Positions 7,968-15,032 of a stretch of DNA of 15,032 bases are shown one piece after another. Each line of letters begins with the position of its first letter. Position 1 is the stretch's first letter. The stretch comes from Pseudomonadota bacterium (GTDB lineage Bacteria; Bdellovibrionota; Bdellovibrionia; Bdellovibrionales; SG-bin7). The translations under genes and the position numbers were made by a program. Location of the stretch: NCBI GenBank assembly GCA_034439715.1, contig JAWXAY010000099.1, positions 1 to 15,032 on the forward strand, read 5' to 3'. A model generated the notes under the pieces. The model saw only the letters and a program-made list of their open reading frames with translations. It had not been told where the DNA came from and did not search any database.

Positions 7968-9552
7968 ACTTCAAATGAAAGTACCACCCTCGGATCTATA
8001 TCTATCGATCCGAGGTATTCAATACGCTTTTCACGAGGCCCTGGCTGACTTAGTCGATAACTGTATCGATGCTAATGCGGCTCGAATTTGGATCAAAGCT
8101 GATAAAGGTGAAATTATTATTGCAGATGATGGCGATGGAATGGGCCGTGACGATCTCGAAACAGCTATTACTCCGTGGCGAGCTGGAAGTACAAAGGCCC
8201 ATCTTCGCAAAGGAAAACGCGGCAAATTTGGAATCGGGATGAAGTCGGCTTCGTTCTCATTAGGTGACTGTCTAGAGGTTCATACTAAGGCTGATGGCTC
8301 CAAATTTGAATACATTGAATTAGACAAAGATAAAGTCGCAAAAATTAAAGACCCTGATCATAAATTTAAAACTGAGAACACCACGACTGAATTGTTTAAA
8401 TCATTTTGCAAAGATGGCCATGGAACTGTCTTGAAAATTACTAGAGTAAATAAAAGAAAAGTAATTGATCAAGCTTTGGAATCCTTAAAAAATTTATTGG
8501 GCTTGGTGTACTATCAACTTATTGAAAATGGAGAGTTAAAAATAATTATCAATAATTCGGATGTTAAGCCGTTAGACCCTCTAATGCGTGGATTAAAGAA
8601 AAACTCACCGAAAAATAAATATGAACTCTTTGAAAAGAAAACGATCACTGTCGAACATGATGGAAAAAAAGCAATATTTAAAGTCCAGGGAGCCTATGTA
8701 GGTAGAGGAGCTTTTTGGGCCGACGATGATAAAAAAAGTTTTAAGTATTTTTTAAAGAGAAATCCCGACGAAACTGAAGCGGCGACTAGAGGCCTACTTA
8801 AATTAGATGAGCAAGGAATTTATACTTTAAGAAATGGGCGATTGATTACATTAGGCGGCTGGTTAGGGTTGGCCTCCAAAAACACATTATTACACCACAA
8901 CGGCTCGACAAGGGTGCTTCTCGAGTTTGATGAAGCCGGTGATGACTTCATGGGCCTTGATACGAATAAAACTCAACTAAAGGTCGAAGAACTTCTTAAA
9001 GAAAAGGTCGGTGCTTACATAAGAGAAATTGTAGGTAGAGGCGAAGACGCCTATCGCGCTGAAGGCGATATTATCAAACGTGCTAATATGCGAAAGTCAT
9101 CGTCAGGAAATGTGAAAAATTTGAATCTTAGCAAGGACTCTGCAATTGCTCAGTACAATTTGGAGCAAAGACGAAAGAAAGCTATCCCAGAGTACGATGA
9201 CAAGCAAAAAAACATTGCTGCCGAAGACAGGTCGGAAGCTCAAAAGTCAGAAGAACTCGTCATCTTGAAAGAAAAGATGGCTTATGGAAATCTTTGGGGA
9301 TTTGAGAAAAATAAAAATGGTGAAGTGATTTTATTTATTAATGAGCAGCACCCTGGTTATGCTGCTTTATTCCTTGAAGACGATGATGATAAATTCAGAA
9401 AAAATCTTATTCATCTTTTCTATACTCTAGCCCTACACGAAGCTTCAATAAATGAACTTCACTCAGAACTCAAACCGGCTGTTTTAAAAGAGCTGGAAGA
9501 TGCCTTTGGAACTTTCAGGCGTTGGGTTTCTAAGCACTATACTGAGTTTTAA
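7960..9552 (+). CDS. MORC-type GHKL ATPase (HATPase_c_3-like)
   Basis: EALADLVDNCIDA (N box), DDGDGM (G1), GKFGIGMKSASFSLG (G2), HGTVLKI, QGIYTLRNGRLI (S5-like domain); 8-nt overlap with the DUF2130 gene. Confidence 0.9.
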   Translation: MSELQMKVPPSDLYLSIRGIQYAFHEALADLVDNCIDANAARIWIKADKGEIIIADDGDGMGRDDLETAITPWRAGSTKAHLRKGKRGKFGIGMKSASFSLGDCLEVHTKADGSKFEYIELDKDKVAKIKDPDHKFKTENTTTELFKSFCKDGHGTVLKITRVNKRKVIDQALESLKNLLGLVYYQLIENGELKIIINNSDVKPLDPLMRGLKKNSPKNKYELFEKKTITVEHDGKKAIFKVQGAYVGRGAFWADDDKKSFKYFLKRNPDETEAATRGLLKLDEQGIYTLRNGRLITLGGWLGLASKNTLLHHNGSTRVLLEFDEAGDDFMGLDTNKTQLKVEELLKEKVGAYIREIVGRGEDAYRAEGDIIKRANMRKSSSGNVKNLNLSKDSAIAQYNLEQRRKKAIPEYDDKQKNIAAEDRSEAQKSEELVILKEKMAYGNLWGFEKNKNGEVILFINEQHPGYAALFLEDDDDKFRKNLIHLFYTLALHEASINELHSELKPAVLKELEDAFGTFRRWVSKHYTEF

Positions 9553-10751
9553 ACTGAGCGAGATTTTCGGTGAAAGAGAACTACCTCTTTGCATCGAAGC
9601 TGTCTTGATTCAACCCGATTGAACCATCTACGGTTAGGCACTTCTCTCCAAAGTCGTCCATCGTGGCTACTGCGATCAATATTGCGGATTTCTTCAAATC
9701 CGGCTTCGTTCATCGCAGCTAGATATAATGGAAGCTGATTCTTAAGATCGCTAAAAGCTAGTACTTGAACAAACACACCGTTTTTTTGCATCACTTGATT
9801 AATATTTTCAAAAACTAACATCATATTTGAAATATAAATTTCGAGACTTGCGGAGCTCTCTCTAGAAGACATCGTATAGAATGGTTCATTCTCTATTTGA
9901 TCGCTTTCGATAATCCAATATGGCAAGCGAGTTTCTGAGCGGCCGTTTACTTGCCACTTATGATAAAGAATATGTCTTTCAGGGTATGGCGGTGAGGTCA
10001 GCACTAAGCTAAATTGTCGATCATTTTGGTTCCAAATATCGACAATGCCAGGATCAGTTGCATTCGCTATATGTATGCCTGAAGTGGGAATGAAATCTAT
10101 CGACCCATGCTCTAACTCGAGGTGAAGTTTTATTGATTGCTCGATATTGATATTTAGAATCTGCCTGAATACCCGATGAGCATGTGCTGAGTCAGTAACT
10201 GAAAGCCTTTGTTCGATTTCCAATTGACCGAGGCGCAACAATGCCCCTTTTGCAAAGTTCTGAGTGCGTCTTGAGGGAAGCTGCCGAATCGCCGCGAATA
10301 TCTTTCGCGTGGAAGTTTCAACCACCTTAGGGACATTTTTAAAGTAAAATTCATCACCTGTTCGAAATTCAGCCTCCACATTACGGCCACTTAGATTTTT
10401 AGACCAATTATCTAATGCTCTAATGTCGGCTTTTGTGAGGAGCAAGGTTTTAAGCTTCGAGGAAAAAATCGCAAGGTCGTTTATATCGGTGCCGACAAAG
10501 TTTCGTCTAGCGACCATTGCTTCGACGGCACTGGTACCACCTCCAACAAAGGGATCCATTATCCAATCATCAGGCTTTGAAAAACTATTTATAACTGATC
10601 GAGGAAAGCTTGGTGGAAAACAGGCCGGGTACTTATAAAGAATATGAGTCCAATCAGCAATCTTTTGATTGTGTGACATACTCTCTTTTATAGAAGAAAG
10701 AGCTTCCTTAGTGGATTGGTGATGATTGGTGTTGAGTAATCTTTCCAGCAT
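9549..10751 (-). CDS. DNA amino-methyltransferase, probably N4-cytosine (motif I before motif IV)
   Basis: THILYKYPACF, DPFVGGGT (motif I), GTDIN, LVLTSPPY (motif IV; SPPY is typical of m4C enzymes). Alternative start at ATG 10679. Confidence 0.9.
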   Translation of the reverse strand: MLERLLNTNHHQSTKEALSSIKESMSHNQKIADWTHILYKYPACFPPSFPRSVINSFSKPDDWIMDPFVGGGTSAVEAMVARRNFVGTDINDLAIFSSKLKTLLLTKADIRALDNWSKNLSGRNVEAEFRTGDEFYFKNVPKVVETSTRKIFAAIRQLPSRRTQNFAKGALLRLGQLEIEQRLSVTDSAHAHRVFRQILNINIEQSIKLHLELEHGSIDFIPTSGIHIANATDPGIVDIWNQNDRQFSLVLTSPPYPERHILYHKWQVNGRSETRLPYWIIESDQIENEPFYTMSSRESSASLEIYISNMMLVFENINQVMQKNGVFVQVLAFSDLKNQLPLYLAAMNEAGFEEIRNIDRSSHDGRLWREVPNRRWFNRVESRQLRCKEVVLFHRKSRSV

Positions 10752-10784
10752 TATAAAATTCTAACGTCTTTGGCAGCCTCTGCG

Positions 10785-10806
10785 TAGGCCAGGAATCCCT
10801 GGTCTA
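10785..10806. terminator. stem-loop between the RHH gene and the methyltransferase
   Basis: TAGGCCAGG-AATC-CCTGGTCTA, 3 nt after the RHH stop; no clear U tract. Confidence 0.3.
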
Positions 10807-10809
10807 GGT

Positions 10810-11022
10810 CTATGCCTTTCCGCCCTTTCTTGTTTTCGATAAATCTTCCATAAAACTTTTCATTAATTCCTCCATCACCCGCGAAGCCGGAGCGGATCCA
10901 CATACTTTTTTAAATCGTTCATAAAGTGATCGCGACAGGTACAGCGACACTTTTTCCCGATCTTCTTCGAGCGATAGTTTATCAAGGATCTTATTAGCGT
11001 TGATCCTAGCTTCGATAGTCAT
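10810..11022 (-). CDS. ribbon-helix-helix (CopG/Arc-like) DNA-binding protein
   Basis: 70 aa; beta strand KVSLYL, helix SRSLYERFKKVC, turn, helix ASRVMEELMKSFM. Confidence 0.75.
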   Translation of the reverse strand: MTIEARINANKILDKLSLEEDREKVSLYLSRSLYERFKKVCGSAPASRVMEELMKSFMEDLSKTRKGGKA

Positions 11023-11054
11023 ATACCGTAAGTATACCCCTTAATGCGGTATAT
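11021..11054 (-). promoter_or_regulatory. putative RHH operator and -10 element
   Basis: Perfect inverted repeat ATATACCG (11021-11028) / CGGTATAT (11047-11054), with a third TATACC at 11033-11038; minus-strand TATACT (11031-11036) lies 8 nt before the ATG. Confidence 0.55.
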
Positions 11055-11103
11055 TAATCAAACCAAAATATCGAGAGATGTCCCTTACGTTAAAGTTCTG
11101 GAC

Positions 11104-11271
11104 TTAGGTTTTGTTACGACCCCCGTTTTTGCTGCTGAATAAGTTTACAACTTTTGCCATAGCCTCTTCTGGCGATGTGAATTTTAGAGAGTTCGTAACT
11201 CCCTCGACTTCCACACCCGCTAAGCGAAGGTAAATTTGCATTGTTTTTGAGCAGGCTGAGTCAATGGCCAT
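11104..11271 (-). CDS. possible 55-aa protein
   Basis: MAIDSACSKTMQIYLRLAGVEVEGVTNSLKFTSPEEAMAKVVNLFSSKNGGRNKT fills the TET-RHH gap in the operon's orientation; no clear RBS. Confidence 0.3.
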   Translation of the reverse strand: MAIDSACSKTMQIYLRLAGVEVEGVTNSLKFTSPEEAMAKVVNLFSSKNGGRNKT

Positions 11272-11329
11272 CAGAGCCAAAATGATTTGCCGAAATATAC
11301 TTTGGTTTGATCAAGACATATCAGCACTA

Positions 11330-12124
11330 TCAAAGGCCAAGATTAATTTTGTTTGCCATCTTGCGAAGTTCTTCTTCGTAGGACTTACCTATGATTTCTT
11401 TTTTGACGTAGCAAACAATTGTAAGTCTGGTGCCATCGCCATTGATCTGAGTATTGCCATGCCAGATTTCTCTACCATTGAATCCAAAGTAGTCTCTTGG
11501 CCTCATGTTTATGGCTACTCTGTATTCAGGTAACACGAGGTATCCGCCAGAGAATGAATTGTCCCCCAGGCAAATCATGTTGCTATAGGTACCTTCTGCA
11601 TTGCTTCTGTCTCGGTGCAGGCACGTTCGAAATGATTTATTCAAAATGCACTGGCTGAAAACCGTTCTTCCAACTAAAAAGTGAGGATCAATATCCAACT
11701 TCTCCTGAAAATAATAAATGGCTGCGAACTCACGTTTGTAAATTGAATCAATCATTTCAATTATCCGAGTCATCTTCTTGTATTTAGCGTGCTCGGATCT
11801 CGTGAACTTAGTTTCAGCGACACACCCATAGGATCGCAAATTCAGATCATATCCAATGACTCTTGATTCTTCATAAGTTTGAAGACCGGCCGCATCGGAC
11901 CTTAAACTTGCGGTGCGAACACAAATATCCGAAAGTCGATGATATTCATTATTTACTTCTGCTGGCACAATTGTTTTTCTGAATTTAAATAGTAGCCGTC
12001 CCTGAGGGTCGTATGCATCTACGTCCGATTCAATCAGTAAATCAAAGTCGTAAAAACCTGGGGCGGTACCTTTCAGCTGTTCGCAGTTTTCTACAAATTT
12101 GGTCAACGTAATTTTATTGACCAT
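11330..12124 (-). CDS. TET/JBP-family 2-oxoglutarate/Fe(II) dioxygenase (5-methylpyrimidine oxygenase-like)
   Basis: VFSQCILNKSFRTCLHRD (HxD at 11609-11617), GGYLVLPEYRVAINMRP, WHGNT (distal His), R-LTIVC-Y (Rx5-aromatic, cf. TET RISLVFY). ATG 12124 overlaps the upstream gene by 11 nt; the track gives TTG 12145. Confidence 0.85.
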   Translation of the reverse strand: MVNKITLTKFVENCEQLKGTAPGFYDFDLLIESDVDAYDPQGRLLFKFRKTIVPAEVNNEYHRLSDICVRTASLRSDAAGLQTYEESRVIGYDLNLRSYGCVAETKFTRSEHAKYKKMTRIIEMIDSIYKREFAAIYYFQEKLDIDPHFLVGRTVFSQCILNKSFRTCLHRDRSNAEGTYSNMICLGDNSFSGGYLVLPEYRVAINMRPRDYFGFNGREIWHGNTQINGDGTRLTIVCYVKKEIIGKSYEEELRKMANKINLGL

Positions 12125-13010
12125 TTTGATTCGCAACTTGATCAATAAAAGTTATGGTCGTTTCATTTTGGCTTCGTAGGTCGTTGAGAATTGCAGCCAA
12201 CCTTTTGAGAAAGGCTAAGTTGATAGCTTCAACCCCATCGTTAGCGGCTTCAACCATCCGTGCATAGGCCATACATTTTTGTTGGAGGTGCTTTAAGGTC
12301 ATGATGACTAAGGCCCGCTTGTGTTCTGGAATCTCTGACTCAGCAGAGGAACAAGTTGAACTGTCCGGCGTATTCTGTGGAAGGAGTAAGTTAAGCATAT
12401 GATTATAATCTACAGGTGCGTCGGCATGACCTAAGTCACTTTTTTGTAGGCCTTTGCCAATATCGTGAAATGGTCCGTCGTCATTTGATTGCGATTGTGG
12501 CGGGATAACTCTTACGACGTGGGGCTTTCCATTTCTGATGCAGTTTATTTCTCGTATCCCCGAAATTTTCGGGGATGCTGATCGAAGGTATTTTCTAACG
12601 TTTGCTACTGTTCTATCGGTGGTGCCGGCGATGGTGGCTATCACTTGGTCAGACCAGCTATCGTCAATGCGCAAGATGCGCTCGATAACTTTTCTTTTAT
12701 CTTTGCCAGTCAATGGATGCCCATGCGTTGAATTTTTCTTCACACCCTCGACATAGCGATCAAGCTCAGTTTCTTTGGCAGAAATCTCGATATTTATGGT
12801 CCCTGCATTTGCTTTTAAAGCTGCATGATAGGTGTGAAATCCATTTAAGATGACATATTTTTTTGTAACTGGGTCTTCAAAGACACTAATTGCTGGAAGT
12901 GAAATATTGTTGCTTACCAAATCTGCATAGTGTTCGACTAACTCACTATTGATTTCTTCTCTGGTGAAAAATTCTGTGCTGTCACTGATCTGTTCTAATC
13001 TTACGTTCAT
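12114..13010 (-). CDS. ParB-like N-terminal domain protein with HTH
   Basis: VEHYAD, LPAISVF, ILNGFHTYHAA (ParB GxHR-like), NSTHG..LT..DKRKVI, HTH WSDQVIATIAGTTDRTVANVR; GGAG RBS before GTG 13013/ATG 13010. Confidence 0.8.
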   Translation of the reverse strand: MNVRLEQISDSTEFFTREEINSELVEHYADLVSNNISLPAISVFEDPVTKKYVILNGFHTYHAALKANAGTINIEISAKETELDRYVEGVKKNSTHGHPLTGKDKRKVIERILRIDDSWSDQVIATIAGTTDRTVANVRKYLRSASPKISGIREINCIRNGKPHVVRVIPPQSQSNDDGPFHDIGKGLQKSDLGHADAPVDYNHMLNLLLPQNTPDSSTCSSAESEIPEHKRALVIMTLKHLQQKCMAYARMVEAANDGVEAINLAFLKRLAAILNDLRSQNETTITFIDQVANQNGQ

Positions 13011-13131
13011 CACTTTAGGCTCCAATAGTCCAAGAGGTTTTTACCCGCCGCACAGTGGACTGATCCATGTGGTGAGCGAGACGGATTAAACCAAACTGGG
13101 AGTGCAGGAGATGGGTGTAGAGCTGGGGTAG

Positions 13132-13149
13132 AATAAAAATATTTTTATT
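13132..13149. repeat. 18-bp perfect AT-only palindrome
   Basis: AATAAAAATATTTTTATT, overlapping the stop codon of the rep-like gene. Confidence 0.6.
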
Positions 13150-13956
13150 TCTCCGACGTTGATTTATTTATCTGGGATCTTTTGTGAATTGGAGAGATCT
13201 CCTTCCAGTTTTCTTTAAGCTGATAGAAGTTTTTCTTGGGCTTTCCACTGGCATTTAGTATCGAGGTCTTGATCAAAATCCCGTCGTCTTCATTGCTCAG
13301 ACGTTTCAGCATTTCAGAGGTAGGACGCTCATCAGCAGGCACGGTAGATGGATCGTAGCTACCACGCCTATCAAGCCAGTCGATGAGGTGAGAGTAGGCA
13401 GGTCCTTTTACTCCTCTTACACGATATTCCTTGAATTTATTGCGAAGAGTGTTTGTGTCTAGGCGTTTGCAGGTGTGATCAGAAAGTACTGGAACAATTG
13501 TTTTAAATATTGCTGAAGCAACAATATGCAAGTCTTCCAGTAGAATTTTGCTCCTCAATACGACTGTTTCTGGACTGTTGTTTGAGTATGCAGATGGATG
13601 TAGATCTTTTGTGCGGAACCCTCTGAAAGAAACTTCAAATCTGATTCTACATCCTTTATCATATAGTTTAAGTCGTATCTTCTCGTTGCGATATTGCTTA
13701 ACAGGATGATCAATCTCCCAGGTCTGTTCAAATTTACTCCTGACAGTCTTCCTCTCATTTATTTGTCGAAGATCATGGGCTTCCCTAGTAGCTATTCCAA
13801 AGAATTTTGAAATGGTCGTGGCATAGCTTTGAAATAGTTCCTCTCTAAACAGAGGACTTGGAAATTCAACGTAGAATTCGATGTATCCAAAGTGGATAGG
13901 CTGTCTGAATAGATAGGAGTCTGGAAATGTATTCTTTGCAAAAGCATAAAGACTTA
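13145..13956 (-). pseudogene. 5'-truncated putative replication initiator/relaxase (Rep_trans-like) with C-terminal winged-helix-like region
   Basis: Stop-free frame from 13954 to the stop at 13145 (269 codons), continuous with track ORF 13145..13558; IHFGYIEFYVEF and IRLKLYDKGCRIRFEV (KLYDKG..RFEV at 13631-13669); cut at the IS3 left end. Confidence 0.6.
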
Positions 13957-14935
13957 TGATCTTACCCCGATTTTACGGACAGAGGATTTTGTGGTAAACA
14001 CACAAAAGACAAGGGGTCTATATGAAACAAAGGCACACAAAAGAGTTTAAAATTCAAGCGCTGGAGCTTGTTAACCAGCTAGGATCGTACGCTGAAGCTG
14101 GGCGACAGCTGGGCATTAGAGATAGCGCACTTCACACTTGGAAGAAAAAGTTAAAATTTGAAATGAAAAAAGATTCTGAAAAGAATTCAAATTCGAATTT
14201 AGAATCTGAAGAAATCAAGCGGCTAAAAAAAGAAGTCGAAGAACTCAAAAAAGTGAATTATATTTTAAAGCGAGCCGCTGCTTTTTTTTCACAAGACCAT
14301 CTGAAATAAAGTATCAGATGGTCGAAGAATTGGCTTTTGAGAAACAAGATATTAGCAGGTGTTGTTTGGTTTTAAAAATGAGTCGCAGTGGTTATTATGA
14401 TTGGCGTAGCCGACCAGTGTCGGCGCGAATATTAGCCAATGAAAAACTCACTCAGAAAATAAAGCAGATCTGGACACAAAGTCGTGGGATTTATGGGCTA
14501 CCTCGAATTTGTAAAAAACTTAAAACCGAAAATGTCATTGCTGGCAAAAATAGGGTTCAAAAAATTATGAAGATTAATAAAATCCAGGGCGTTGGAAAAA
14601 AGAAATTCAAAGTTATGACAACCGATTCAAATCACGATTTGCCAATAGCAAGTCGGGTTTTCAAGGCTGAAAATCATGGGCAGCAAGTTACACGCCCAAA
14701 TCAGTTTTGGGGTGGTGACATTACGTATATTCCGACGGAAGAAGGCTGGCTTTATCTGTCGATATTTTTAGATTTATGTACCCGAAAAGCTGTCGGGCAC
14801 GCGATGTCGGACTCAATGACTAGCGAACTCGTGATAGAATCGTTGGACATGGCCCTAAAGCGCCAGGACATTGTCACAGGAGACGATCTCATGGCGCACA
14901 GTGATCGTGGAAGCCAATACGCTGCAGAAGATTAT
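13957..14935 (+). mobile_element. IS3-family insertion sequence, 3'-truncated
   Basis: Left end TGATCTTACCCCGATTTTACGGACA closely resembles the IS3 IRL (TGATCTTACCC...GGACA); orfA/orfB arrangement; no right IR seen. Confidence 0.92.
14022..14309 (+). CDS. IS3-family transposase OrfA
   Basis: HTKEFKIQAL...AEAGRQLGI..SALHTWKK HTH, leucine zipper EIKRLKKEVEELK, ILKRAAAFF. Confidence 0.93.
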   Translation: MKQRHTKEFKIQALELVNQLGSYAEAGRQLGIRDSALHTWKKKLKFEMKKDSEKNSNSNLESEEIKRLKKEVEELKKVNYILKRAAAFFSQDHLK

Positions 14936-14965
14936 GTGGTGTTCACGCAATTTCTTCCGCTTTAA
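14318..14965 (+). pseudogene. IS3-family transposase OrfB, truncated before the catalytic Glu
   Basis: SRSGYYDW, IYGLPRI, WGGDITY (D1), GWLYL, HSDRGSQY (D2); homology ends near 14935 and the DNA..ESF (E) region is missing. Confidence 0.9.
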
Positions 14966-15032
14966 ATTGGCGCGGTTGATTGCCTCTGGTTATTGTAATT
15001 AGCGAGAAGTCCTGCATCGTTTTTAATATTTC
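14935..15032 (-). mobile_element. possible end of a second element inserted into IS3
   Basis: TGTGGTGTTCACGCAA begins where OrfB homology stops; a minus-strand frame (..NIKNDAGLLANYNNQRQSTAPI*) ends at 14962, just inside this end. Confidence 0.3.

Noticed and set aside
3767..10751. Assignment to DISARM, BREX, Wadjet, Dnd or type I/III R-M
   Set aside because: Hallmark components (DUF1998/PLD, PglZ/BrxC, SMC/JetD, DndC, HsdS/Res-Mod) are not recognisable here.
486..12756. Other 60-90 aa ORFs nested in or antisense to the long genes
   Set aside because: They overlap well-supported CDSs and have no motifs of their own.
13555..13758. 67-aa minus-strand ORF in the track
   Set aside because: It lies in another frame inside the longer motif-bearing rep-like frame 13145-13954.
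1..15032. CRISPR array, tRNA/rRNA, retron ncRNA, prophage structural genes, att direct repeats
   Set aside because: No regularly spaced repeats, cloverleaf, reverse transcriptase or virion genes seen, and no flanking direct repeat found by eye.

Overview
Accessory, mobile-element-derived island with no housekeeping or RNA genes. Left flank (1-2450): a small serine resolvase operon on the minus strand, a hairpin-rich possible origin, a decayed large serine recombinase and an IS66 remnant. Core (2496-13010): a zinc-less, NEIL1-like Fpg/Nei DNA glycosylase; a tightly coupled plus-strand operon of ParB/Srx-like protein, compact SNF2-like ATPase, DUF3883 nuclease, DUF2130 protein and MORC-type GHKL ATPase; and a convergent minus-strand block of ParB-like/HTH protein, TET/JBP-family 2OG-Fe(II) dioxygenase, RHH regulator and SPPY (probably N4-cytosine) methyltransferase. 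Right flank: a 269-codon frame with Rep_trans-like motifs that the ORF track captured only in part, cut at its 5' end by an IS3 copy that is itself truncated. The main candidate for an undescribed system is the co-location of a TET/JBP dioxygenase, an amino-methyltransferase, a NEIL1-like glycosylase and a SNF2/MORC/nuclease operon, which may form a base-modification-linked defence or epigenetic system. All family calls come from reading motifs by eye; no database search was run.
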